DNA of 64,000 nt, taken from the NCBI RefSeq assembly GCF_003790525.1, contig NZ_CP033635.1; one strand, written 5' to 3'. Below are positions 22,200 through 33,382 of the stretch, in pieces (position 1 is the first letter of the stretch; each line of letters starts with the position of its first letter). Under the pieces are notes generated by a model. That model had not been told where the DNA came from. It did not search any database and saw only the letters and a program-made list of their open reading frames with translations. This DNA is from Escherichia coli. Lineage in GTDB: Bacteria; Pseudomonadota; Gammaproteobacteria; Enterobacterales; Enterobacteriaceae. Made by a program: the position numbers and the translations under genes.

Positions 22200-23063
22200 A
22201 TGCGTTGGCAAGGGCGACGTGAAAGTGACAATGTTGAAGACAGGCGCAATAGCTCCGGCGGTCCGTCAATGGGCGGTCCCGGTTTTCGCCTGCCAAGCGG
22301 TAAAGGCGGGCTGATTTTACTGATAGTCGTGCTGGTTGCAGGCTACTATGGCGTTGATTTAACCGGGTTGATGACCGGACAGCCGGTTTCCCAACAGCAA
22401 TCAACGCGGTCAATTAGCCCTAATGAAGACGAAGCCGCAAAATTCACCTCGGTGATTCTGGCAACCACGGAAGACACCTGGGGACAGCAATTCGAGAAGA
22501 TGGGTAAAACCTATCAGCAACCGAAGCTGGTCATGTACCGTGGAATGACGCGTACCGGCTGCGGGGCGGGACAGTCCATAATGGGGCCATTCTATTGCCC
22601 GGCGGATGGCACAGTTTATATCGATCTCTCCTTCTATGATGACATGAAAGACAAACTTGGCGCGGATGGCGATTTTGCCCAGGGGTACGTTATCGCTCAT
22701 GAAGTCGGTCATCATGTGCAGAAACTGCTAGGCATCGAGCCGAAAGTTCGTCAACTGCAACAAAACGCGACGCAGGCGGAAGTAAACCGCTTATCTGTGC
22801 GTATGGAACTCCAGGCCGACTGTTTTGCCGGTGTCTGGGGGCATAGTATGCAGCAGCAAGGTGTTCTGGAAACCGGCGATCTGGAAGAGGCGCTGAACGC
22901 GGCGCAGGCCATCGGCGATGACCGTTTACAACAGCAAAGTCAGGGGCGAGTAGTACCAGACAGTTTCACTCATGGCACTTCTCAGCAACGCTACAGCTGG
23001 TTTAAACGTGGTTTCGACAGCGGCGATCCGGCACAATGCAATACTTTTGGTAAAAGCATTTAA
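22200..23063 (+). CDS. ypfJ: Predicted zinc metallopeptidase (HExxH) with one N-terminal TM segment
   Basis: 287-aa ORF with AHEVGHH motif; synteny. Confidence 0.85.
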
Positions 23064-23077
23064 CTTCCGGGGCAGGG

Positions 23078-25093
23078 ATGGCTGAACTGACTGCGCTTCA
23101 CACATTAACAGCGCAAATGAAACGTGAAGGGATCCGCCGCTTGCTGGTGTTGAGCGGGGAAGAGGGTTGGTGTTTTGATCATGCGCTTAAGTTGCGTGAT
23201 GCCTTACCTGGCGACTGGCTGTGGATTTCGCCGCAGCCAGATGCTGAAAACCACTGTTCTCCCTCGGCACTACAAACTTTACTTGGGCGCGAGTTCCGGC
23301 ATGCGGTATTCGACGCCCGCCACGGCTTTGATGCCGCTGCCTTTGCGGCACTTAGCGGAACGTTGAAAGCGGGAAGCTGGCTAGTGTTGTTACTCCCTGT
23401 ATGGGATGAGTGGGAAAACCAACCTGATGCCGACTCGCTGCGCTGGAGTGATTGCCCTGACCCTATTGCGACGCCGCATTTTGTCCAGCATTTCAAACGC
23501 GTACTTACGGCGAATAACGACGCTATCCTCTGGCGGCAAAACCAGCCGTTCTCGTTGGCGCATTTTACTCCCCGTACTGACTGGCACCCCGCGACCGGCG
23601 CACCACAGCCAGAACAACAGCAACTCTTACAGCAGCTACTGACCATGCCATTGGGCGTGGCGGTGGTAACGGCTGCGCGTGGGCGCGGTAAATCGGCGCT
23701 GGCAGGGCAACTCATTTCTCGTATTGCGGGTAGTGCGATTGTCACCGCGCCCGCAAAAGCGGCAACGTATGTACTGGCACAATTTGCGGGCGAGAAGTTT
23801 CGCTTTATTGCACCGGATGCCTTGTTAGCCAGCGATGAGCAAGCCGACTGGCTGGTGGTCGATGAAGCCGCAGCCATACCTGCGCCGTTGTTGCATCAAC
23901 TGGTATCGCGTTTTCCTCGAACGTTGTTAACCACTACGGTGCAGGGCTACGAAGGCACCGGACGTGGTTTTTTGCTGAAATTTTGCGCTCGCTTTCCGCA
24001 TTTACACCGTTTTGAACTGCAACAACCGATCCGCTGGGCGCAGGGATGCCCGCTGGAGAAAATGGTCAGCGAGGCACTGGTGTTTGACGATGAAAACTTC
24101 ACTCACGAACCACAAGGTGACATCGTCATTTCTGCTTTTGAACAGACGTTATGGCGAAGCGAACCAGAAACGCCGTTAAAGGTATATCAGCTATTGTCTG
24201 GCGCGCACTACCGGACCTCGCCGCTGGATTTACGCCGGATGATGGATGCACCAGGGCAACATTTTTTACAGGCGGCTGGCGAAAACGAGATTGCCGGAGC
24301 GCTGTGGCTGGTGGATGAGGGGGGATTATCTCAACAACTCAGTCAGGCGGTATGGGCAGGTTTTCGTCGCCCTCGGGGTAATCTGGTGGCCCAGTCGCTG
24401 GCGGCGCACGGCAGCAATCCACTGGCAGCGACATTGCGTGGACGGCGGGTAAGCCGGATAGCAGTTCATCCGGCGCGTCAGCGGGAAGGCACAGGGCGGC
24501 AACTTATTGCTGGTGCTTTGCAATATACGCATGACCTCGACTATCTTTCGGTGAGTTTTGGTTACACCGGGGAGTTATGGCGTTTCTGGCAACGCTGCGG
24601 TTTTGTGCTGGTGCGAATGGGTAATCATCGTGAAGCCAGCAGCGGTTGCTATACGGCGATGGCACTGTTACCGATGAGTGATGCGGGTAAACAGCTGGCT
24701 GAACGTGAGCATTACCGTTTACGTCGCGATGCGCAAGCTCTCGCGCAGTGGAATGGCGAAATGCTTCCCGTTGATCCACTAAACGATGCCGTCCTTTCTG
24801 ACGACGACTGGCTTGAACTGGCCGGTTTTGCTTTCGCTCATCGTCCGCTATTAACGTCGTTAGGTTGCTTAATGCGTCTGTTACAAACCAGCGAAATGGC
24901 ATTACCGGCGCTGCGTGGGCGTTTACAGAAAAACGCCAGTGACGCGCAGTTATGTACCACACTTAAACTTTCAGGCCGTAAGCTGTTACTGGTCCGTCAG
25001 CGGGAAGAGGCCGCGCAGGCGCTATACGCACTTGATGATGTTCGCACTGAGCGTTTGCGCGATCGCATAACGCAATGGCAATTTTTTCACTGA
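23078..25093 (+). CDS. tmcA: tRNA(Met) cytidine acetyltransferase (helicase-like ATPase plus GNAT domain)
   Basis: 671-aa ORF with Walker A (GRGKSA); synteny with ypfJ/ypfH. Confidence 0.85.
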   Translation: MAELTALHTLTAQMKREGIRRLLVLSGEEGWCFDHALKLRDALPGDWLWISPQPDAENHCSPSALQTLLGREFRHAVFDARHGFDAAAFAALSGTLKAGSWLVLLLPVWDEWENQPDADSLRWSDCPDPIATPHFVQHFKRVLTANNDAILWRQNQPFSLAHFTPRTDWHPATGAPQPEQQQLLQQLLTMPLGVAVVTAARGRGKSALAGQLISRIAGSAIVTAPAKAATYVLAQFAGEKFRFIAPDALLASDEQADWLVVDEAAAIPAPLLHQLVSRFPRTLLTTTVQGYEGTGRGFLLKFCARFPHLHRFELQQPIRWAQGCPLEKMVSEALVFDDENFTHEPQGDIVISAFEQTLWRSEPETPLKVYQLLSGAHYRTSPLDLRRMMDAPGQHFLQAAGENEIAGALWLVDEGGLSQQLSQAVWAGFRRPRGNLVAQSLAAHGSNPLAATLRGRRVSRIAVHPARQREGTGRQLIAGALQYTHDLDYLSVSFGYTGELWRFWQRCGFVLVRMGNHREASSGCYTAMALLPMSDAGKQLAEREHYRLRRDAQALAQWNGEMLPVDPLNDAVLSDDDWLELAGFAFAHRPLLTSLGCLMRLLQTSEMALPALRGRLQKNASDAQLCTTLKLSGRKLLLVRQREEAAQALYALDDVRTERLRDRITQWQFFH

Positions 25094-25166
25094 CTCCTTC
25101 AATTTTCTCCCATGGTCATTGTGAGTCAGCGGCGTAAAATTAATGACATCAGTTAAGGAGTTCGCC

Positions 25167-25865
25167 ATGAAACATGACCATTTTGTTGTTCAAAGCCCGG
25201 ATAAACCTGCGCAACAATTGTTACTGCTTTTCCACGGTGTCGGGGATAACCCGGTGGCAATGGGGGAAATAGGCAGCTGGTTTGCGCCGCTATTTCCTGA
25301 TGCGCTGGTGGTGAGTGTCGGAGGCGCGGAGCCGAGCGGTAATCCGGCGGGGCGTCAGTGGTTTTCGGTGCAGGGTATTACGGAAGATAATCGCCAGGCG
25401 CGTGTGGATGCCATCATGCCGACGTTTATTGAAACGGTGCGCTACTGGCAGAAACAGAGCGGAGTAGGGGCTAACGCCACGGCGCTAATCGGTTTCTCTC
25501 AAGGCGCGATTATGGCGCTGGAGAGCATTAAAGCCGAACCGGGCCTTGCCTCACGCGTCATTGCCTTTAACGGACGGTATGCGAGCCTGCCGGAAACTGC
25601 GTCTACAGCCACGACAATTCACCTGATTCATGGCGGTGAAGATCCGGTTATCGATCTGGCGCATGCGGTTGCGGCGCAGGAAGCGTTAATCAGTGCCGGT
25701 GGTGACGTGACGCTGGATATCGTGGAGGATTTAGGCCATGCGATCGACAATCGCAGTATGCAATTTGCTCTGGATCACTTGCGTTATACCATTCCGAAAC
25801 ATTATTTCGACGAAGCGCTAAGCGGCGGTAAGCCTGGCGATGATGATGTGATTGAAATGATGTAA
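25167..25865 (+). CDS. ypfH: Alpha/beta-hydrolase esterase
   Basis: Track ORF 25143-25865; the ATG at 25167 (MKHDHFVV) has an AAGGAG RBS 6 nt upstream; GFSQG nucleophile-elbow motif. Confidence 0.85.
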   Translation: MKHDHFVVQSPDKPAQQLLLLFHGVGDNPVAMGEIGSWFAPLFPDALVVSVGGAEPSGNPAGRQWFSVQGITEDNRQARVDAIMPTFIETVRYWQKQSGVGANATALIGFSQGAIMALESIKAEPGLASRVIAFNGRYASLPETASTATTIHLIHGGEDPVIDLAHAVAAQEALISAGGDVTLDIVEDLGHAIDNRSMQFALDHLRYTIPKHYFDEALSGGKPGDDDVIEMM

Positions 25866-25870
25866 TAATA

Positions 25871-25940
25871 GCCGGGTAGGTCTGATAAGACTGTATCAGG
25901 CATCATGGCCGGATGCGGCGTTAACGCCTTATCCGGCCAC
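25871..25940. repeat. Paired REP elements (BIME-like) between ypfH and ypfN
   Basis: gccgggtaggtctgataag...ggccggatgcggcgttaacgccttatccggccac: two REP-type units in inverted orientation. Confidence 0.7.
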
Positions 25941-25945
25941 TTAGC

Positions 25946-26146
25946 TTACTTCTTCGGTTGATCCTTTTTCGGCCAGTCGTCGTCATCGTCCCACTTATCG
26001 TTGAAATCACGATGCGGGGGAAGCTCCGGCTTGTTGGCGAGAAATTTCTTATGGTCGACGCGCTTGAGATCTTTAATCACGTTCAGCAGGACGCCTACCA
26101 AAAAGACAATCACCAGAATCCACCAATATTTAGCCAGCCAGTCCAT
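25946..26146 (-). CDS. ypfN: Small membrane protein (UPF0370), 66 aa
   Basis: Track ORF 25946-26170; the ATG at 26146 ([18 protein letters not shown]) has an AGAGGA RBS; single TM helix and acidic/lysine-rich tail. Confidence 0.8.
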
Positions 26147-26173
26147 GCTTATTTCCTCTTGCGGAACCACTCA

Positions 26174-27301
26174 TCACGCGACGAGCTGTTCCATGATACG
26201 TTGATACATACGGGCAAGTAGCTGCAGGTCGGCAGCGTTCACACATTCATTAATTTTATGAATAGTGGCATTGACCGGCCCGAGTTCCACCACCTGCGCC
26301 CCCATGCGGGCAATAAAGCGCCCGTCGGACGTTCCGCCTGTGGTCAGTAGCTGCGGTTTAATTTCATTATAGTGCTCAACCGCGTTAACGACCGCATCCA
26401 CCAGTTTACCGCGTGCGGTCAAAAATGGCTGCCCGGAAAGCCACCAATCCACCGTATAGCGCAGTTGATGTTTTTCAAGCAGGGCAAGTACCTGCGCTTT
26501 GATCATCTCATCCGTCAGTTCGGTGCTGAAGCGGAAGTTAAACTGCACAAACAGTTCACCCGGAATAACGTTGTTACTGCCCGTTCCCGCCTGAATATTG
26601 GCAATCTGCATACTGGTCGCCGGGAAAAATTCATTGCCCTGATCCCACTCAATAGCCACTAATTCATTAAGGAAAGGTGCTGCGCGATGTACCGGATTGT
26701 CAGCCAGATGCGGGTAGGCAACATGCCCCTGAACGCCATGAATGGTAAGGTTGCAGGTTAATGATCCGCGACGACCATTTTTCACCACATCACCTACCAC
26801 TTCGATACTCGACGGTTCGCCGACCAGGCAGTAATCGAGACGCTCATTACGTGCCATTAACGCCTCGACGACTTTTACCGTACCGTTGTGGGCACTGGCT
26901 TCTTCATCAGAGGTGATCAGAAATGCCAGTCGCCCCGTATGGTTGGGATGTTGTGCGACAAAACGTTCTGCCGCTACCACCATCGCCGCCAGCGAGCCTT
27001 TCATATCTGCCGCACCGCGCCCGAATAACATGCCGTCACGAATGGTGGGTTCAAACGGCGGATTGATCCAACGGTCGGCGTCGCCAGGCGGCACCACGTC
27101 GGTATGCCCGGCAAAGGCTAACGTTTCACCTTGCCCACGCCATGCCCAAAAATTCTGCGTATCGGCAAAGTCCATGCGTTCAACGGTAAAACCGATCGCC
27201 TGCAAACGTTCAATCAACAAAGCCTGGCATCCTGCGTCATCAGGACTCAGGGAAGGGCGGCGAATAAGCTGTTGTGTCAGCTCAATAACCGGGCACGACA
27301 T
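26174..27301 (-). CDS. dapE: Succinyl-diaminopimelate desuccinylase (M20 peptidase family)
   Basis: 375-aa ORF; synteny yffB-dapE-ypfN. Confidence 0.95.
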
Positions 27302-27304
27302 AGA

Positions 27305-27679
<375 letters not shown>

Positions 27680-28041
27680 TTATGAGAATAAATACTCATT
27701 TAAGGGTGAAAACATTTTGCCTGCAAATGATCATCAGGAAATATAACATTATCGAAGTATTCAAATTAACAACTATTAAATAACATTAAACATTTTTAAC
27801 GTAAACATTAAGAATATTCATCTTGTTATCTGTCTGTATTTTAACCAGAATTAAATCAGTATTAGATGCCGTATGAATATCTCGAAATGTTGCTGTGTAT
27901 CACATACAAATTATCACCGCAGGACCATAGTATTTACATAAGGTTTGTCCCCCGGAGGTAGTCATCGCAGCAATCGAGTAAATTAGCTTCACCACGGTAT
28001 ATTGTTTCCGTAGAATACCCATAATTATAAGAGAGGTTGTT

Positions 28042-28101
28042 ATGATTGAACGTGAACTGGGGAACTGGAAAGACTTTATCGAAGTTATGCTTCGTAAGTA
28101 A
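28042..28101 (+). CDS. ypfM: Small protein YpfM (19 aa), below the ORF-track size cutoff
   Basis: ATG at 28042 reads MIERELGNWKDFIEVMLRK then TAA; AGAGAGG RBS 6-12 nt upstream; followed by an intrinsic terminator. Matches the recalled K-12 small protein between yffB and acrD. Confidence 0.75.
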   Translation: MIERELGNWKDFIEVMLRK

Positions 28102-28166
28102 TTCCTGAGACAAAGTACAAACAGCAAGAACCCGCTGAGCAGGTTCTTAATCGGAAAGTTGAAAAA

Positions 28167-28194
28167 GGCGACACATTAGCATGTCGCCTTTTTT
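28167..28194 (+). terminator. Rho-independent terminator after ypfM, probably also serving convergent acrD
   Basis: ggcgaca-cattagca-tgtcgcc hairpin followed by TTTTTT; an A-run precedes it, so the complement also carries a U-tract. Confidence 0.65.
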
Positions 28195-28199
28195 ATTGC

Positions 28200-31100
28200 T
28201 TATTCCGGGCGCGGCTTCAGCGGGAAGCGGCGGCGCACCAGCACAAAGAACAGCGGCACGAAGTAAATAGCCAGAATAGTGGCCGAAATCATCCCGCCCA
28301 TTACGCCAGTACCCACCGCATGCTGACCACCGGAACCGGCACCCGTGCTGGTTGCCATTGGCAATACGCCGAAGATAAATGCCAGCGAAGTCATCAGAAT
28401 CGGGCGTAAACGCTGACGGCAGGCGTGGAGCGTCGCTTCAAACAGGTCGTGGCCTTTTTGGTTCATCTCGTTAGCAAACTCGACGATCAGGATGGCATTT
28501 TTCGCCGATAAACCAATGACCGTTAACAGGCCCACCTGGAAGTAAACGTCGTTTTCCAGCCCGCGCATCCAGGTTGCCAGCAGCGCGCCGATAACCCCCA
28601 GCGGCACGACCAGCATTACCGAGAACGGCACCGACCAGCTTTCATACAACGCCGCAAGACACAGGAATACCACCAGCAAGGAAATGGCGTACAGCGCCGG
28701 AGCCTGCGCGCCGGAAAGCCGCTCCTGATACGACATCGCCGTCCACTCCAGACCAAAGCCGTTTGGCAACTGCTTCACTAACGATTCCATAATATCCATC
28801 GCCGTACCGGTACTGACCCCCGGTGCGGCTTCCCCTACAATCTCTACCGCAGAATAACCGTTATAGCGTTCCAGACGCGGCGAGCCTGTCTCCCAGCGTG
28901 AGGTCGCGAAAGCAGAGAAGGGCACCATGCCGCCATCTTTATTTCGGACATACCAGAGATTGATGTCATCTGGCAGCATGCGATACGGCGCAGCTGCCTG
29001 CACATAGACTTTCTTCACGCGACCGCGATCCATAAAGTCATTCACATAGCTCGAACCCCAGGCGGTTTGCAGTGTGTCGTTAATATCGTCGATAGCAACG
29101 CCCAGCGCCTGAGCTTTACGCTGGTCGATATCAATCTGCAACTGCGGACTGTCGTCGAGGCCGTTATGGCGCACACGGGTTAGCTCCGGGTTTTCCGCCG
29201 CCAGCGCCAGCAACTGGTTACGTGCTGCCATCAGCGCATCGTGACCCGCTCCAGCGTGGTCCTGCAACTCCATATCAAAACCCGCAGAACTACCAAGACC
29301 GCTAATTGCTGGCGGGCTGCTGGCGATAACGCGAGCTTCTTTAATCTTGTTAAACGCCTTCGTTGCACGCTCGATAATGGCAAACGAGGTGCCGGTCTTA
29401 CTGTCGCGTTCGCTCCAGTCTTTCAGGCGGATAAACATTCTCGCCACGTTTTGCCCGTTACCCCCAGGGCCAGAACCAACAGTGGCAAACACCGACATGA
29501 TGTTGTCTTTTTCATGGGTGAAGTAGTATTTCTCGATTTGCTCAACGACTTTCAGGGTCTGTTGTTGGGTTGAACCGCTGGGCAACTGTACCGAGGTAGT
29601 AAACATGCCACGGTCTTCCAGTGGCAAGAACGACGTCGGCAAACGCAGGAACAGGAACACCATGCCGCCAAGCAGCAGGACATAAATCACAATCCAGCGC
29701 AGGCTACGGTGGAGAATTTTCGCCACCCCTTTTTCGTAGCGTTCGGCGTTGCGGTTAAACATCTGGTTAAACCAGGCAAAAAAGCCTTTTTGCCCGTGAT
29801 GCTCACCTTTTTTCAGTGGCTTAAGTAGCGTGGCACACAGAGCCGGAGTGAGGATCATCGCTACCAGTACTGACAGCACCATCGCTGCAACAATGGTAAT
29901 AGAGAACTGGCGATAGATGGCACCGGTGGTGCCGCCGAAGAAGGCCATTGGTACAAATACCGCCGAAAGCACCATCGCAATCCCGACCAGTGCCCCCTGG
30001 ATCTGCCCCATCGATTTACGTGTGGCTTCGCGAGGAGTGAGTCCTTCCTCACTCATAATACGTTCGACGTTTTCCACCACCACGATGGCGTCATCCACCA
30101 GCAGACCGATCGCCAGCACCATCGCGAACATGGTTAAGGTGTTGACGCTGTAACCGAAGGCATAAAGTACGGAGAAGGTTCCCATCAACACCACCGGCAC
30201 GGCGATAGTGGGTATCAGCGTGGCGCGGAAGTTTTGCAGGAACAGATACATAACGAGGAAAACCAGAGCGATAGCTTCCAGCAGCGTTTTCACCACGTCT
30301 TCAATGGAGGCTTTAACAAACGAGGTGGTTTCATACGCCACCTTGTATTCCAGTCCGTGCGGGAAATACTGCGCCAGCTCGTCGAGACGATTGAGCACCA
30401 GCTCCGCTGTCGCCATTTCGTTCGCGCCGGAGGCCAGTTTTACCCCCAGCCCGGAGGCTGGCATACCATTGAAGCGGCTAAGATAATCGTATTTTTCCGC
30501 CCCCATTTCGATGGTGGCGACATCGCCCAGCCTTACCTCTGAGCCGTCCTGATTCACCCGCAAGGTGATATCGCGGAACTGTTCTGGTGTTTGTAGCAGT
30601 GACTGGGCGTTAATGGTGGCGTTGAGCGCCTGCTTATCGACGGAAGGCGTACCACCAAGTTGCCCAACCGCAATCTGCGCGTTCTGTGACTCAATGGCAT
30701 CAGTGACATCTTTAGCCGTCATCTGGAAACTGTTGAGTTTCGCCGGGTCCAGCCAGATACGCATGGAATATTGCGAACCATAGGCATCGATATCCCCGAC
30801 GCCATTCACGCGGCTTAACGGATCCTGAATATTACTGGCAACGTAATCGGCAATATCCTGTTTATCCATCGAACCATCGGTAGAGACGAAGGCAATGGTC
30901 AGAATATTGGTATCGCCGGTTTTACGCACCGTCACGCCCTGATTTTGCACCGCCTGCGGTAACTTTCGCATGGCTGATTGCAGCTGGTTTTGTACTTGCT
31001 GCACGGCTTCGTCCGGATCGGTGCCTGCTTTAAAACTTAAAGTGACAGATGCCTGGCCGGTGCCACTGCTCTGAGACGACATATACATGAGATTATCGAG

Positions 31101-31313
31101 GCCGGTCATATTTTGCTCGATAACCTGGGTCACGGTGTTTTCCAGCGTCTGGGCCGATGCGCCGGGATAGTTAGCGGTCACTCGCACATTCGGTGGCGCG
31201 AGATCGGGGTATTGTTCAACGGGCAATGAAAAAATCGCCAGGGTACCTGTCAGACACAACAGGATTGCCAGCACCCAGGCAAAAATGGGGCGATCAATAA
31301 AGAAATTCGCCAT
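28200..31313 (-). CDS. acrD: RND multidrug/aminoglycoside efflux pump, inner-membrane transporter
   Basis: 1037-aa ORF with AcrB-type N-terminus ([18 protein letters not shown]). Confidence 0.95.
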   Translation of the reverse strand: MANFFIDRPIFAWVLAILLCLTGTLAIFSLPVEQYPDLAPPNVRVTANYPGASAQTLENTVTQVIEQNMTGLDNLMYMSSQSSGTGQASVTLSFKAGTDPDEAVQQVQNQLQSAMRKLPQAVQNQGVTVRKTGDTNILTIAFVSTDGSMDKQDIADYVASNIQDPLSRVNGVGDIDAYGSQYSMRIWLDPAKLNSFQMTAKDVTDAIESQNAQIAVGQLGGTPSVDKQALNATINAQSLLQTPEQFRDITLRVNQDGSEVRLGDVATIEMGAEKYDYLSRFNGMPASGLGVKLASGANEMATAELVLNRLDELAQYFPHGLEYKVAYETTSFVKASIEDVVKTLLEAIALVFLVMYLFLQNFRATLIPTIAVPVVLMGTFSVLYAFGYSVNTLTMFAMVLAIGLLVDDAIVVVENVERIMSEEGLTPREATRKSMGQIQGALVGIAMVLSAVFVPMAFFGGTTGAIYRQFSITIVAAMVLSVLVAMILTPALCATLLKPLKKGEHHGQKGFFAWFNQMFNRNAERYEKGVAKILHRSLRWIVIYVLLLGGMVFLFLRLPTSFLPLEDRGMFTTSVQLPSGSTQQQTLKVVEQIEKYYFTHEKDNIMSVFATVGSGPGGNGQNVARMFIRLKDWSERDSKTGTSFAIIERATKAFNKIKEARVIASSPPAISGLGSSAGFDMELQDHAGAGHDALMAARNQLLALAAENPELTRVRHNGLDDSPQLQIDIDQRKAQALGVAIDDINDTLQTAWGSSYVNDFMDRGRVKKVYVQAAAPYRMLPDDINLWYVRNKDGGMVPFSAFATSRWETGSPRLERYNGYSAVEIVGEAAPGVSTGTAMDIMESLVKQLPNGFGLEWTAMSYQERLSGAQAPALYAISLLVVFLCLAALYESWSVPFSVMLVVPLGVIGALLATWMRGLENDVYFQVGLLTVIGLSAKNAILIVEFANEMNQKGHDLFEATLHACRQRLRPILMTSLAFIFGVLPMATSTGAGSGGQHAVGTGVMGGMISATILAIYFVPLFFVLVRRRFPLKPRPE

Positions 31314-31383
31314 TAAAAGAGGACCTCGTGTTTCTGCGTATCGTTGTAGGCTTGACTTGCTTCACTGTAGCGGCAAGGTACGA

Positions 31384-31401
31384 GCCAATCGTGGAGAAAA
31401 A
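31384..31401 (-). promoter_or_regulatory. BaeR-binding box upstream of acrD
   Basis: Minus strand reads TTTTTCTCCACGATTGGC, 17/18 match to the recalled BaeR consensus TTTTTCTCCATDATTGGC, about 70-90 bp upstream of the acrD start. Confidence 0.6.
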
Positions 31402-31476
31402 AAGGAGTTAATGTAAATTATCATGCCCTTTTATACTGAACCTTAAGTGCCACTATTCTTTGGTCAATAAGAGGCA

Positions 31477-33177
31477 TTACATCAGCTGACTTTCCTCACC
31501 CTCCGCAGAGCGAAAGCTAATACTCACTAACGTGCCGCCGCCGGAAGGTTGCGAAAAAGTCAGCGTCCCACCCAATCTTTCCGCGCGTTCGCGCATGATA
31601 TTCAGACCATAATGGCCTTCGGGTTCTTTCGGTTCACCGATGCCAATCCCGTTGTCGCGAATATAGACTGTGTGATTGCCATCCGGCGCGGTGACGCAGC
31701 TAACGGCGATTTCGCTGGCGTTGGCGTGCTTCATCGCATTCAGCACCGCTTCGCGAATAATTTGCAACAAATGCACCTGCATTTGCGCATCCAGCGCCAG
31801 GGTTGGCAGACGGCAGTCGAGGGTCAGTTTGGCGCTGGTTTGATTTTGTAACGTATCCAGCATTTCCCTCAACGCGGAGGGGAGATCCGCCTGCTGCAGC
31901 GTCAGGCGGAAAGTAGTTAACAGCTCGCGTAACTGCCGATAAGCATCATTCAACGCCTGGGAAAAATCGGCCATGATACTTTGTGCGGTGGCATTATCTT
32001 CCGGTATCGAACGCTTCAGTAACGTCAACTGGATACGTAAGTAAGAAAGTACCTGAGCCAGCGAGTCGTGCAATTCGCGGGCGATGGTCGCACGTTCTTC
32101 CATCAACAATAACTGCTGAAAATGCTTCTGCGCCTGATTAAAGTACAAACCGCGTCCCAGCATCGACGAAACGCTGTTAAGCAGCGGTTCTGATGATGAA
32201 ACGTGACTATTTTGCCAGTGCAGTTCGCCGTAAACCGTCTCTTGCATTGTCACCGGTAAAATCTGCATCGGCAATTCCGGGTTTGGCTGCCCTTCGCTAA
32301 TCCGCCAGTTGTCACCGACATTTAACTCCAGATATTCAGCCGCTTCATTGTCGCGAACAATCTGCAAAATATGGCGGAAACAATGCACATCAATCTGGCT
32401 GGTGTTTAGCGCCTGCGAACACTGATACAACACCTCCAGACGACGCTTGGCCTCGTGGAGATCGCGGGTCTTTTCTTCTACTGACGCCTCCAGCGAACGG
32501 TACAATTTATGCAGCTCGCTCGACATCTGGTTAAAGGTTTTTGCAAGCAGGCCAAGCTCATTCGGCAGGCTGGTATCCAGCGGCGGCGAGTCGAACTGCC
32601 CGTGTTCAATACGCTGACTGGCGGTAACCAGCTGATTCAGCGGGGCAACCACCTGATGGCGTATGCGGCGCAAAGTAAAAAAGACCAGCGTGAAAATACC
32701 GATGCCGCCAGCCAGGGAAATCGCCACCACCAGCAGCATTTTGCGTTCAGCGTAGTGCTGTAAAGCCAGCACGAACAGGTCTATCTGATTAACATAATTA
32801 TTAATATTGGCCTGATACCACGGCAAGTCGCCCTTGCTGAGCCGATTATTCATCTCCAGCCAGTTGGCATTCAGATGCGCATAGCGGGTTTTTACTGCCT
32901 CTGGCACATACCAGACGTTGAGATTGGTTAATACCGGTGAATGCAGTGCCTGCTGAAATAACTGGCGATGTGCATTGAGTTGTGGACTGCCACTTTGCAA
33001 ATCGTAGCCCAGGCGGTAACTCTGCATACGCAGCGATCCGGCAATATTGATAGCCTCAGCGTCGCGCAAACTGCTCGCCAGAGTTAGCAGAGCGATACCC
33101 GTGGAAAGAATCGACAGCAGCACAATGTAAAAAAAGGCCCGGGCCAGACTGGCCGAGACGGGTCGTTTAACAATCAC
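31477..33177 (-). CDS. narQ: Nitrate/nitrite sensor histidine kinase
   Basis: Track ORF 31477-33192; the recalled N-terminus MIVKRPVSASLARAFFYIVLL corresponds to the GTG at 33177 with GGAGAA RBS (566 aa); HAMP and HisKA_3 (ELHDSLAQ) regions present. Confidence 0.9.
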   Translation of the reverse strand: MIVKRPVSASLARAFFYIVLLSILSTGIALLTLASSLRDAEAINIAGSLRMQSYRLGYDLQSGSPQLNAHRQLFQQALHSPVLTNLNVWYVPEAVKTRYAHLNANWLEMNNRLSKGDLPWYQANINNYVNQIDLFVLALQHYAERKMLLVVAISLAGGIGIFTLVFFTLRRIRHQVVAPLNQLVTASQRIEHGQFDSPPLDTSLPNELGLLAKTFNQMSSELHKLYRSLEASVEEKTRDLHEAKRRLEVLYQCSQALNTSQIDVHCFRHILQIVRDNEAAEYLELNVGDNWRISEGQPNPELPMQILPVTMQETVYGELHWQNSHVSSSEPLLNSVSSMLGRGLYFNQAQKHFQQLLLMEERATIARELHDSLAQVLSYLRIQLTLLKRSIPEDNATAQSIMADFSQALNDAYRQLRELLTTFRLTLQQADLPSALREMLDTLQNQTSAKLTLDCRLPTLALDAQMQVHLLQIIREAVLNAMKHANASEIAVSCVTAPDGNHTVYIRDNGIGIGEPKEPEGHYGLNIMRERAERLGGTLTFSQPSGGGTLVSISFRSAEGEESQLM

Positions 33178-33382
33178 ACGCGTCTTCTCCACAAAAAATC
33201 ATTAATGTTCCAGTTCGCTGAAACGCAATTTAGTCAGTGATGGGATTATTTGATCTGCCACAGTTTATAGCGAAATAGTTACTTATTCTGGGCACATGAA
33301 CATTGCCGATTCCCCTGTAAGTCGGGTAATAACAACACTCATATAAAGAATAAGGTTTTTACAACCAAAAAAGAAGGTCGTT

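Noticed and set aside
23179-23877. 232-aa minus-strand ORF inside tmcA
   Set aside because: Antisense to the well-supported tmcA; Ser/Ala-rich low-complexity translation.
27900-28127. 75-aa minus-strand ORF in the yffB-acrD spacer
   Set aside because: Lies in AT-rich promoter DNA and is antisense to ypfM, which has a proper RBS and terminator; no RBS of its own.
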